Assembly: GCF_003367075.2 (NCBI RefSeq)
Contig: NZ_CP065936.1
Span: 2,730,001-2,762,000 of the forward strand
Source: Cylindrospermopsis raciborskii Cr2010
GTDB lineage: Bacteria > Cyanobacteriota > Cyanobacteriia > Cyanobacteriales > Nostocaceae
Reading direction: 5' to 3'
DNA: 32,000 nucleotides
Shown here: positions 1-7,683 of the stretch, piece by piece
Layout: every line of letters starts with the position of its first letter
Position numbering within the stretch: the first letter of the stretch is position 1
The notes under the pieces: model-generated
What the model was told of the DNA's origin: nothing
The model's input: only the letters and a program-made list of their open reading frames with translations
The model's database searches: none
Translations under genes and position numbers: made by a program

Positions 1-258
1 ATCTAGGGAATGAATCAGAGGATATTTATACAATAGGTAATTAACCATTATAAAACTAGCAAAGGGAATAATTCCTATTTGCCAACTGTTGAATAAAATC
101 AAAATTCCAAATACCCACATACCGGCAGATATGTGAACGATTTTGCGGGTGATACTTTGTTTAATTTTAAATACTCTATGCAGAAATTCACTAATAATTA
201 ATAGGCTCATAGCATAGCCATAGGAGATTAATAATCCTAGGAGGTTTTGCTTATCCAT
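1..258 (-). CDS. N-terminal 86 aa (cut by the window edge) of a polytopic membrane protein, phytol/polyprenol kinase-like (CTP-dependent kinase/cytidylyltransferase-type family)
   Basis: Absent from the ORF track because it runs off the window. The reverse-strand ATG at 258-256 opens MDKQNLLGLLISYGYAMSLLIISEFLHRVFKIKQSITRKIVHISAGMWVFGILILFNSWQIGIIPFASFIMVNYLLYKYPLIHSLD with no stop through base 1. It has hydrophobic helices and an RKxVHIxAG motif that I associate with phytol/dolichol kinase-type proteins (from memory). Confidence 0.4.
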   Translation of the reverse strand, partial: MDKQNLLGLLISYGYAMSLLIISEFLHRVFKIKQSITRKIVHISAGMWVFGILILFNSWQIGIIPFASFIMVNYLLYKYPLIHSLD

Positions 259-296
259 ACTTTTAAAAAACTGGTTTTTTTAGTTTTCAGTCATGA

Positions 297-2018
297 TTAT
301 TTTCCGGGTTTATCCCCTAAGTTTACACTACCAAGACCCTGAAGCACACCACGAGCAATTAATCCTAAACCTCTACCAACTATTTTTGTTAAAACAAACA
401 CTATAACATTACCCACAAAAGATAATAGAGACTGTAACCGAGGTGCGATCGCATCTCTAAACTCCAGTGCTAGTGTTACTACTAGGGGAATACCAGAAAG
501 GTTAGCTAGTTGCTGGTTACGGGGGGAATAAATAGAAGTTTTAGCAATACCACGAGGTGCAATGACAAACAGTTCATAACGACTTTCAAAAATTGCCTGG
601 GGTTCACCAAAATGGCGAGTTAACCAGTACTTCCAAGATAGGTTGTTTCTAAATCTTTCAATTTCTCGTGTGGAGATAAAATGACGGTCATAAAAATGTT
701 GTTTGACAGTTTCCACATCGGCTAAAAGGTTAATTAGGGGTTGCAATACACCATTGGCAATTTGAATCAATAGATTTTCTAAAATCATTAATATTTGATA
801 ATTGGCTGACTCTGAACCTGGAGAATACAACCTATTATCCACATATAAGTCCGTTTGCCAAATTAGATAGGATAATAATTCTTCAACCAGGGGAATTTTA
901 TCTAAGATTTCAGTTTCTACTCCCCTAGCATTATCTAATAAAAATCCCACTGTTTCTATGGTACTCTTACCCACATTTACCTGGGGGATTTGACCATAAA
1001 ACTCTCTCACTACTCCCTCCCATAAATCATAAAGTATTTCCTTTTTTAAATTGGATAGTTGGGAAATCTCAAATTGGCAATCTCGGAGTTTATCTAGGCG
1101 TTGAGATAATTTTTGTAATATCAGATAAAGCAGTTCCTTTTTTTTCTCTTCCCGTAAGATATCAATTTCTAATGGCACTTCCCCTATATTGGATAAATGA
1201 GAATGCAGCTTGTCAAGGCAAGACGTAAATATTATTGACTGTAGAGCTTTTTTAGTTTGTAATGGTGAGCTAGCTATTGGTACTGACTCAGATTCACCCC
1301 GATTCCTGGGAACAGGTTGTGGTTCCGATGAACCAAATAACTGATGTACTAACCAACCCGCAGCTAACAGTTCTCTCCTATGTCCAGCTAAAATGACTCG
1401 CTCCAATAATGGGATTCCAGGAATCCTTAGTCTTAGCGTAATCTTGGTCAAATCTCGGGTGATATAACTAATTCCCGATGAGTGGATTTTATGTGTCCAG
1501 CGGGTCAAGGGTGAATCTAGAGATTTACTAGGATTTTTCTCCCACCAATAATAACCACCCTTGGCAATTTCCTCCATAATCCCCACTAATAGGGAAATTG
1601 ATATACCTTTGGGACAATAGCCATTCACACCTAGATTTTTTGCTGTCAAAAGAGTTTCTGAATTGGACACAGCTGTAAGCAATAGAACTGGTATATGGGG
1701 ATATAGAGCTTTCAGTTGTTCACAAAATTGTAACCCTAACTCTGCTTCTTGAGAGTTCCTACCCAATTCTAAAACTATTAGGTTAATTTCTCTGTGGTCT
1801 TTTTTTGGTTCTTGACTATTTTCGTTTTCATCAGTCTGTTCCTGACTAGAAGCAGTGTCACCTAATAACTGTAACGCGGCACTATCATTAGAAACGTCAC
1901 CTACTACTTTAATAGAAGATGAAGCTTCCAAAGCAATTCTTAAACCCAGACGAAAAATAGGATCTGAGTCGATTAATAACGCACCCAGATGTGAGAAAGT
2001 CAAAAGGCGATCGCTCAT
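297..2018 (-). CDS. Response-regulator-like protein: atypical receiver domain plus a long helical C-terminal domain (DUF3685-type)
   Basis: 573-aa ORF. Receiver signatures are ALLIDSDPIFR (beta1 acidic pair), PVLLLTA (beta4 Thr) and GVNGYCPKG (beta5 Lys). The expected phospho-acceptor Asp is Glu84 (IVLEL, codon 1767-1769). An acidic low-complexity insert (SSQEQTDENENSQEPKKD) lies in the receiver. The association of DUF3685 with receiver domains in cyanobacteria is recalled, not searched. Confidence 0.7.
   Translation of the reverse strand: MSDRLLTFSHLGALLIDSDPIFRLGLRIALEASSSIKVVGDVSNDSAALQLLGDTASSQEQTDENENSQEPKKDHREINLIVLELGRNSQEAELGLQFCEQLKALYPHIPVLLLTAVSNSETLLTAKNLGVNGYCPKGISISLLVGIMEEIAKGGYYWWEKNPSKSLDSPLTRWTHKIHSSGISYITRDLTKITLRLRIPGIPLLERVILAGHRRELLAAGWLVHQLFGSSEPQPVPRNRGESESVPIASSPLQTKKALQSIIFTSCLDKLHSHLSNIGEVPLEIDILREEKKKELLYLILQKLSQRLDKLRDCQFEISQLSNLKKEILYDLWEGVVREFYGQIPQVNVGKSTIETVGFLLDNARGVETEILDKIPLVEELLSYLIWQTDLYVDNRLYSPGSESANYQILMILENLLIQIANGVLQPLINLLADVETVKQHFYDRHFISTREIERFRNNLSWKYWLTRHFGEPQAIFESRYELFVIAPRGIAKTSIYSPRNQQLANLSGIPLVVTLALEFRDAIAPRLQSLLSFVGNVIVFVLTKIVGRGLGLIARGVLQGLGSVNLGDKPGK
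445..452. repeat. HIP1 (highly iterated palindrome GCGATCGC); representative of at least 19 copies in the window
   Basis: Exact octamers read at 445, 2007, 4674, 4968, 5133, 5318, 6145, 10430, 13002, 14994, 15267, 16303, 16516, 19396, 22323, 23105, 26481, 27762 and 30335 (start coordinates). I may have missed others. Confidence 0.95.
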
Positions 2019-2074
2019 GTCAGGTCAAGTAAAAACAGAATTTTTTCCCAGTTCGGTCAATATTCGTCTCTAAC

Positions 2075-2560
2075 TCACTCAAAGGAATGTAAGTAATCAA
2101 CACTATCAATACTATCACCATGTTTAGGATCACGCATACCAAAAAAGTTAATGGTATAACTTTTTATTCTCACGCCTGTTTGTAATTCAACTTGGCGAAT
2201 TAAGTCCAAAGGTAATTCCACGTGTACATCAATAACTTCATGATTGTCAATACAGCTAACATGACTATGAGCTTGGGTAACACTGCCATATAATCTGCCA
2301 TGACTATGTTCAATACACTCAATAATCCCTTGACTGGAGAGCAATTCCAAATTTTGATAAACAGACGTATGACCTATTTCCTTACCTTTTCTATTCAGAC
2401 GATCATAAATCTCCCTAGCTGAGAGATGTTCCTTAGATTCCCAAAGTAACTCTAATATAAAGCGACGCTGACGGCTAATTCGCAGGCCTAAAAGTTGACA
2501 TCGTTCTAAAGCATCTTCCAGGGAATGAATCCCCAGTGTAGAAATAACAGGTTTCTGCAT
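2075..2560 (-). CDS. Fur-family metalloregulator (FurC/PerR-like rather than FurA or Zur type)
   Basis: 161 aa. Winged-helix region RRFILELLWESKEHLSAREIYDRLN...GHTSVYQNLELL, and His-rich metal-site region EHSHGRLY...HSHVSC...HVEL. There is no pair of CxxC structural-Zn motifs. The subtype assignment is from memory of Anabaena Fur paralogues. Confidence 0.8.
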   Translation of the reverse strand: MQKPVISTLGIHSLEDALERCQLLGLRISRQRRFILELLWESKEHLSAREIYDRLNRKGKEIGHTSVYQNLELLSSQGIIECIEHSHGRLYGSVTQAHSHVSCIDNHEVIDVHVELPLDLIRQVELQTGVRIKSYTINFFGMRDPKHGDSIDSVDYLHSFE

Positions 2561-2716
2561 ATTTTTAGTTTTAAATGTATGAATATGGCTTTAGCTGGAA
2601 CTGGCTTCGCTCCATTTGATTTCCCCCCCCCACTGGGAATCGGCAAATTGCTGGCATTAGGAAATGAAAACTGCTACCGTTGATGTAGAAGTACAGATCA
2701 ATAAGCCAACAGGTCA

Positions 2717-3196
2717 ATGACAATCAGCATTCAGGTAGGTCGGGATTCTATCAATAACTTAGATTTATCACCCGCACTAAAAGTAATTGAATCAATTCTC
2801 CAAAAAGAGTCAATCATATCCCAGGAGCAGCAACTGCGCTTTGATATTGACTACCCAAGACAAGATGACGATCCCAGAGAAATCTCAGAAATTCCAGAGA
2901 TCCGACTATGGTTTGTGCGATTAGATGCCCAATATCCATGGCTACCATTTTTGCTAGACTGGAAATCTGGCGAGCTAGGACGTTATACAGCCATGTTAGT
3001 ACCTCACGAATTTCACAAGAAAGAAGGTATACAATATAACCCTGAATCTCTAGAAATTTTCTTGATGCACAAAATTTTTATTTTGAGTAACTGGTTAAAG
3101 CAGAATCAGATACCTGCCAGGTTCCGTTTAAAATCTCTAGCGCAAATGTTAGGTTATGAATTAGAAGATGGTTTTTTTGAAATGATTGATAGTTAA
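2717..3196 (+). CDS. CRR6-like (DUF1817) putative NDH-1 subunit maturation factor
   Basis: 159 aa with the block DDPREISEIPEIRLWFVRLDAQYPWLPFLLDWKSGELGRYTAMLVPHEF, which I recall as typical of cyanobacterial CRR6-family proteins. The call is unverified. Confidence 0.5.
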   Translation: MTISIQVGRDSINNLDLSPALKVIESILQKESIISQEQQLRFDIDYPRQDDDPREISEIPEIRLWFVRLDAQYPWLPFLLDWKSGELGRYTAMLVPHEFHKKEGIQYNPESLEIFLMHKIFILSNWLKQNQIPARFRLKSLAQMLGYELEDGFFEMIDS

Positions 3197-3266
3197 GAGG
3201 ATTTAGCTATTAACTACGACTATAATAGCAAATAGCAAAAATTTTGTCCCCTTCCCTCTTAACTAC

Positions 3267-4220
3267 CTAACCCCCCCAAATTGTTTTTAAAACACTTGCT
3301 GGTGGAATATCAGCTGTTTTACCTGTGGGGGATTTAATAGCTAAGAACTTGTAATTAACGGGCATTAACTTAGTTGAATCCGCAGAGCTTAGTAAGGCAA
3401 TAGTATAGGTTTGTATAGCTATGGCTAATTGTAAAGGAGAACCATTAACAGTAATCATTAAACTGGCACCACCAATAATAGCAGCCAATTTACCAATGTC
3501 GGGAACGGGAATAGCCTTAATGTCAGGGAAAGATTCTAATAAAGAAGGGACAAAATAGTCATCACCCTGTTCCTTAACCACTAAGATGGGCAAATCTGCC
3601 TGTTTTTGCTCACATTCTCCAATAATTTGCCGCCAACTATCTATAGGGTAGATATTGTCGGGATCAGAAGATAAATCACCATAACCACCATAAATCAAAA
3701 TGTAGCCTGTTTCACCAATACCTAATCGTTTTTGTTGCTGTTTAGCCCACTCCACATCTGGTTTGAGCAAGTTGATGGCTAGGGGTGGACAAGCTGTGTT
3801 AATGCCTAAAGGCTGTAATAGATCATGGTAGATATGAGGTATGTATTGGGAAGTGTTGGGAGAAATGACATGGGTAAGAAAATTGGACCCACTACCCTGG
3901 AAGCCAATACGGGTAGGAATACCACTCAACCAAAGAAACAAACCAACAAACCAACTTTCTCCCGCAGTAATAGCTACGTCATACTCACGGTCGCGGATTG
4001 TTCCCAACAGGTTGCTCCAATCTGCTAAACTATTACGGTCTTTGTAATCAAAGAGAAATACCTCGTGAACACACTTGTTCACCTGGTAAGCAACCTTTGA
4101 TCTAGGTTCCACAATCACATCTATCCAGGCATTTGGATAAGAACGCTGTAGAGAATCTAAAGTAGGAAAGAAAAGAATCTGATCGGCAATGGAACCAGGT
4201 ACAAGGGCTACTACTCGCAT
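3267..4220 (-). CDS. Glycosyltransferase family 9 (heptosyltransferase-like)
   Basis: 317 aa. The N-terminus MRVVALVPGSIADQILFFPTLDSLQRSYPNAWIDVIVEP matches the GT9 pattern (..GD.il..P.l..Lk..yP.a.Id.lv.p). The C-terminal LMITVNGSPLQLAIAIQTYTIAL resembles the GT9 DSGPmHLAaAlg.P.vaLFG block. Confidence 0.7.
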   Translation of the reverse strand: MRVVALVPGSIADQILFFPTLDSLQRSYPNAWIDVIVEPRSKVAYQVNKCVHEVFLFDYKDRNSLADWSNLLGTIRDREYDVAITAGESWFVGLFLWLSGIPTRIGFQGSGSNFLTHVISPNTSQYIPHIYHDLLQPLGINTACPPLAINLLKPDVEWAKQQQKRLGIGETGYILIYGGYGDLSSDPDNIYPIDSWRQIIGECEQKQADLPILVVKEQGDDYFVPSLLESFPDIKAIPVPDIGKLAAIIGGASLMITVNGSPLQLAIAIQTYTIALLSSADSTKLMPVNYKFLAIKSPTGKTADIPPASVLKTIWGG

Positions 4221-4298
4221 AAATAATATATTTATTGAGGCTTATCGTTCCTATTTTATCGAAAATCGGGATCAGAAAATTCCTTTTCTCAAGTCTTA

Positions 4299-5000
4299 GT
4301 GGTCGTAAAATCGAGGAAAACAGTGTATTTATTAATTCCAGCCGCCGGTAGCGGCAAAAGAATGGGTGCTAATTGCAACAAATTGCTATTGAAGGTTCAC
4401 TCTCAGTCTATTATCGCTTGGACCTTATTGGCCGCAGAAGCTGCCAGCCAGATCCGTTGGATCGGGATTATTTCTCAACCCTCAGAATGGCACGATTTTA
4501 AAGCTATTGTGGCTGGTTTGGCTATGACTAAACCTGTGGAGTTTATTCCGGGCGGTACTACTAGACAAGAATCTGTTTACAATGGATTACAAGCATTGCC
4601 ATCAGAGGCTAAGGAAGTGTTGATTCACGATGGAGCACGCTGTTTAGCAACACCAGAATTATTTAATGCCTGTGCGATCGCCATTCTCAATTGCCCAGGA
4701 CTGATTGCTGCAGTACCAGTAAAAGATACAATCAAGGTGGTGGGTGAAAGTGGTATAATTGAGTCCACGCCAAAACGGGAAAAGCTTTGGGCAGCTCAAA
4801 CCCCCCAGGGTTTCAATGTGCAGTTGTTAAAACAATGTCATGCAGAAGGGGTACGTCAAGGGTGGGAAGTAACCGATGATGCAGCCCTATTTGAAAAGTG
4901 TGGCATCCAAGTACGCATAGTCCCAGGAGAAGAAACCAACCTAAAAGTGACAACTCCCCAAGATTTAGCGATCGCTGAATTGATCCTCAGTCTCAGATGA
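4299..5000 (+). CDS. ispD: 2-C-methyl-D-erythritol 4-phosphate cytidylyltransferase
   Basis: LLIPAAGSGKRMG, GGTTRQESVYNGL, IHDGARC, VPVKDTIK, AQTPQGF, VTDDAALFE and NLKVTTPQDL are classical IspD motifs. GTG start at 4299. The exact start is uncertain. Confidence 0.9.
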   Translation: MVVKSRKTVYLLIPAAGSGKRMGANCNKLLLKVHSQSIIAWTLLAAEAASQIRWIGIISQPSEWHDFKAIVAGLAMTKPVEFIPGGTTRQESVYNGLQALPSEAKEVLIHDGARCLATPELFNACAIAILNCPGLIAAVPVKDTIKVVGESGIIESTPKREKLWAAQTPQGFNVQLLKQCHAEGVRQGWEVTDDAALFEKCGIQVRIVPGEETNLKVTTPQDLAIAELILSLR

Positions 5001-5032
5001 TTGCCCTCCATATCAACAGCAAATCTCCCAAC

Positions 5033-5536
5033 ATGTCCCAAGAAAATATACCTATATCTCTGAAAATAGAGGCAGTTTTATACTTAAAGGGTCAATCCTT
5101 GTCTTTGAGTGAAATTGCTGAATATGTAGGATGCGATCGCCACACAATTGAAGAGGGAATAATAGAACTAATGGACAATTATGCCCGTAGGGAAAGTGCC
5201 CTAGAAATTGTAGAAACAGAAGGTAGTTATGGTTTACAACTAAGAGCAGACTTTCAAGATTTAGTACAAACCCTAATACCGGTAGAGTTGGGAGTCGGGT
5301 CCTTACGAACATTAGCAGCGATCGCCTTAAATAGTCCTATTTTGCAAACCGACTTAATTAATTTACGAGGATCCAGTGCATATCCCCATGTTGCTGAACT
5401 GGTAGAGTTAGGATTTATTCGCAAAAAGAAGGATCCCAATTCCCGGTCTTACTCCCTACAGGTAACATCAAAATTTCATCAATATTTTCAGATAGACGAG
5501 CTACCGCAGCAGAAAATCAAGGAGAGAGAAATATAA
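5033..5536 (+). CDS. scpB: Segregation and condensation protein B (SMC-ScpAB complex)
   Basis: IEAVLYLKGQSLSLSEIAEYVGCD...IEEGIIELMDNY...GSYGLQLR...LRTLAAIALNSPILQTDLINLRG is the ScpB tandem winged-helix pattern. The ORF opens at 4997 (an ATGA overlap with the ispD stop), but the ATG at 5033 gives the usual short N-terminus. Confidence 0.8.
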   Translation: MSQENIPISLKIEAVLYLKGQSLSLSEIAEYVGCDRHTIEEGIIELMDNYARRESALEIVETEGSYGLQLRADFQDLVQTLIPVELGVGSLRTLAAIALNSPILQTDLINLRGSSAYPHVAELVELGFIRKKKDPNSRSYSLQVTSKFHQYFQIDELPQQKIKEREI

Positions 5537-5616
5537 AAGGTTTCTCACCCGGGCTACCCTTTTTCTTCCACTATGAGCTAGAGTAGGATTAGCAACTAAG
5601 GTAAGAAGAATTGCCA

Positions 5617-5961
5617 ATGGTGTTTGATCCTGACTTTTTGAATGACAACTCTGAGGAACATGGTAATCAGGTTCTGAACGGTCAATTTGGGGAAAATCCA
5701 AACCAACTATTAAAATATTTACAGCATCAATCTCCTGACGTTCTAGCCCGTGTTGCCCAGTCCGTCACGCCGGAAATCAAACAGATTATCTCCCAAAATG
5801 TCCAAGGTTTGGTAGGAATGCTACCACCAGATCATTTTAATATCCAAATTACTACGGATAGGGATAATTTGGCTGGACTTTTAGCATCGGCCATGATGAC
5901 CGGTTACTTTCTCAGACAAATGGAACAAAGAATGGAGTTGGACTACCTATCCAATCAATAG
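5617..5961 (+). CDS. DUF760 domain protein (cyanobacteria/plastid conserved)
   Basis: LLKYLQHQSPDVL....NLAGLLASAMMTGYFLRQMEQRMELD matches my memory of the DUF760 consensus (LLASAMMSGYFLRNAEQRM). The track starts at TTG 5611. ATG 5617 is the more likely start. Confidence 0.6.
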   Translation: MVFDPDFLNDNSEEHGNQVLNGQFGENPNQLLKYLQHQSPDVLARVAQSVTPEIKQIISQNVQGLVGMLPPDHFNIQITTDRDNLAGLLASAMMTGYFLRQMEQRMELDYLSNQ

Positions 5962-5966
5962 AAGTA

Positions 5967-6072
5967 CCCACCTAAGAGAGCAGGGGATTGAAACAGCCTA
6001 AGTCCACATTACCTATCTAAGGATAGTTATAGCTATGTTGCTTAGACCTTACCCCTCCCCCACCTAAGAGAG
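5967..6072. repeat. Two copies of the 14-nt direct repeat CCCACCTAAGAGAG (5967-5980 and 6059-6072), each followed by a G-run
   Basis: Read directly from the sequence in the intergenic region between the convergent DUF760 and PPIase genes. Confidence 0.8.
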
Positions 6073-6078
6073 TGGGGG
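6057..6078. terminator. GC-rich hairpin between convergent genes (possible bidirectional terminator lacking a U-tract)
   Basis: CCCCCAC (6057-6063) pairs perfectly with GTGGGGG (6072-6078) across the 8-nt loop CTAAGAGA. It lies 19-40 nt past the PPIase stop on the minus strand and about 100 nt past the DUF760 stop on the plus strand. Neither side has a following T-run. Confidence 0.3.
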
Positions 6079-6096
6079 GTCTCCAGGAGGGAACAA

Positions 6097-6666
6097 TTAC
6101 TGACGGAAAATTTCTACACTATCCAGGGTCACATCTTGGTTAGGGCGATCGCGCGTGGTAGAAACATTAGCGATCTTATTGACCACATCCATACCATCAA
6201 CCACATAACCAAAAACACTGTGTCTTCGATCTAAATGGGGAGTTGGTCCTTCCGTAATAAACCACTGAGAACCATTAGTTCCAGGTCCTGCATTAGCCAT
6301 GGATAAAATACCCGGTGCATCATGCTTTAGATCGGGATGAAATTCATCAGGGAACTTGTATCCGGGACCACCGGTGCCCCAACGACGAGCCAAATCGGGG
6401 TAAAGGGTGAGAGGGTCTCCACATTGAATCATAAAACCAGGAATCACACGGTGAAACCTGACACCGCTATAAGCGGAGGTTCCTTGCATAGATTTGCCAG
6501 TTTGTGGGTCTTTCCAGTCAATTGCTCCGGTTGCTAGACCAACAAAGTTTTTAACGGTGTTGGGGGCACGCTCTTCTTCTAGTCTCACCACAATCTTACC
6601 CAGAGAAGTATTTAGGTTGGCGTGAAGTTTTCCCTCACCGGCGATATTAATTTCTGGAAAGTTCAT
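6097..6666 (-). CDS. Cyclophilin-type peptidyl-prolyl cis-trans isomerase
   Basis: [32 protein letters not shown] and [14 protein letters not shown] are cyclophilin signatures. Confidence 0.9.
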   Translation of the reverse strand: MNFPEINIAGEGKLHANLNTSLGKIVVRLEEERAPNTVKNFVGLATGAIDWKDPQTGKSMQGTSAYSGVRFHRVIPGFMIQCGDPLTLYPDLARRWGTGGPGYKFPDEFHPDLKHDAPGILSMANAGPGTNGSQWFITEGPTPHLDRRHSVFGYVVDGMDVVNKIANVSTTRDRPNQDVTLDSVEIFRQ

Positions 6667-6708
6667 TACTTGTCCTGCTTTTCAAACTGTCCCAGCTATT
6701 ATATCTCA

Positions 6709-7179
6709 TTATGGCAAACACCAGGTTTCATCCAAGAACTCTCCTAGGTTCCCTAGGGGAGCAAGGGGGATTGTTTCCGTGGAAAGACTAGCTTGGGTGA
6801 GGACAATTTTTCTAGCATCTGCATAGGATTGATCAAGTATCTGTTCTAAATATGACCTTAAACTAGGACTATCTTCCAACTCTTGTCTGATTTGCTGGCG
6901 AAAATTGAGAATTTCTGATTTCCAGTGGTTAGCATTTCTTTCCACTTCCGTTTGCCAATATTTGAGCTTGAGCAAATGCTCAATAAGCCGTTTTAAGAGA
7001 TTTTGCACTTTCCTCTTTTGTCTTCTACTCAGATCGAACACTTCCTCAATTAAATTATCCCAGTCTAGGGAAGAGAGATTTCTATCTTGTAACTGTTTAA
7101 CAGTTTCCAATACCCATAAATGGTAATCAGCATTATACAAACTTCCAGTAGTTTTTTCCACCTCAATCATAGGTTCCAC
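6709..7179 (-). CDS. DUF29 domain protein
   Basis: YNADYHLWVLETVKQLQDRNLSSLDWDNLIEEVFDLSRRQKRKVQNLLKRLIEHLLKLKYWQ is the DUF29 pattern (Y..D...W...Q...L.......lDw.nliEEiedlg.se.r). It is a paralogue of the adjacent gene. Confidence 0.75.
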   Translation of the reverse strand: MEPMIEVEKTTGSLYNADYHLWVLETVKQLQDRNLSSLDWDNLIEEVFDLSRRQKRKVQNLLKRLIEHLLKLKYWQTEVERNANHWKSEILNFRQQIRQELEDSPSLRSYLEQILDQSYADARKIVLTQASLSTETIPLAPLGNLGEFLDETWCLP

Positions 7180-7199
7180 CTCACTGATAGCATGAGTAA

Positions 7200-7652
7200 C
7201 TAGTTAATTCCGTTATTTTCCTCTTCTAGAACGAACGGGAATTTGTCATCCATTAAGGATTCCCAAGTGTAAGGACAAGCGGAGGGAAATAGCTCCTCGG
7301 GAAGATTTGTCTGTTTAATTGCTCCTTTGCGCCCATATTTATAACCTTTTGCAATCATTTCATCCAGCTGCTGTCTTAACCCAGGATTATCCTCCAATAA
7401 ACGCTCTAACTGAATACGCTGTTTATCAATGGACATTTTCCAGCTAGGGGAACGGTGATTGGGTTGAAACTGCCATTTGAGCAGATGCAATGATAACTGC
7501 TCTATAGCTGATACAAGGGCTCTATATTCACTCCTTCCCAAATCTTCAATTTCCTCAATAATATGATCCCAGTCAACCTGCTGAAATTTTTTCTCCCGTA
7601 GTAATTGAGCTTGTTGTAATGCCCATGTGTAAAAGTCTTGATGGTACAGCAT
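7200..7652 (-). CDS. DUF29 domain protein
   Basis: MLYHQDFYTWALQQAQLLREKKFQQVDWDHIIEEIEDLGRSEYRALVSAIEQLSLHLLKWQFQP is the canonical DUF29 N-terminal pattern. Confidence 0.8.
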   Translation of the reverse strand: MLYHQDFYTWALQQAQLLREKKFQQVDWDHIIEEIEDLGRSEYRALVSAIEQLSLHLLKWQFQPNHRSPSWKMSIDKQRIQLERLLEDNPGLRQQLDEMIAKGYKYGRKGAIKQTNLPEELFPSACPYTWESLMDDKFPFVLEEENNGIN

Positions 7653-7683
7653 ATAGTCTTAGTGTGGTTTGATCAAATGACCA

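Noticed and set aside
4997-5032. A scpB start at 4997 (ATGA overlap with ispD).
   Set aside because: It is possible, but the extra 12 residues (MIALHINSKSPN) are not ScpB-like. The ATG at 5033 fits the usual short N-terminus. This remains uncertain.
5983-5994. GGGGATTGAAAC, which resembles the conserved 3' end of many CRISPR repeats (…GATTGAAAC), raising the idea of an orphan or degenerate CRISPR repeat.
   Set aside because: There is only one occurrence, no regularly spaced repeats or spacers, and no cas genes in the window. The nearby second repeat copy shares a different part of the sequence and lacks the ATTGAAAC tail.
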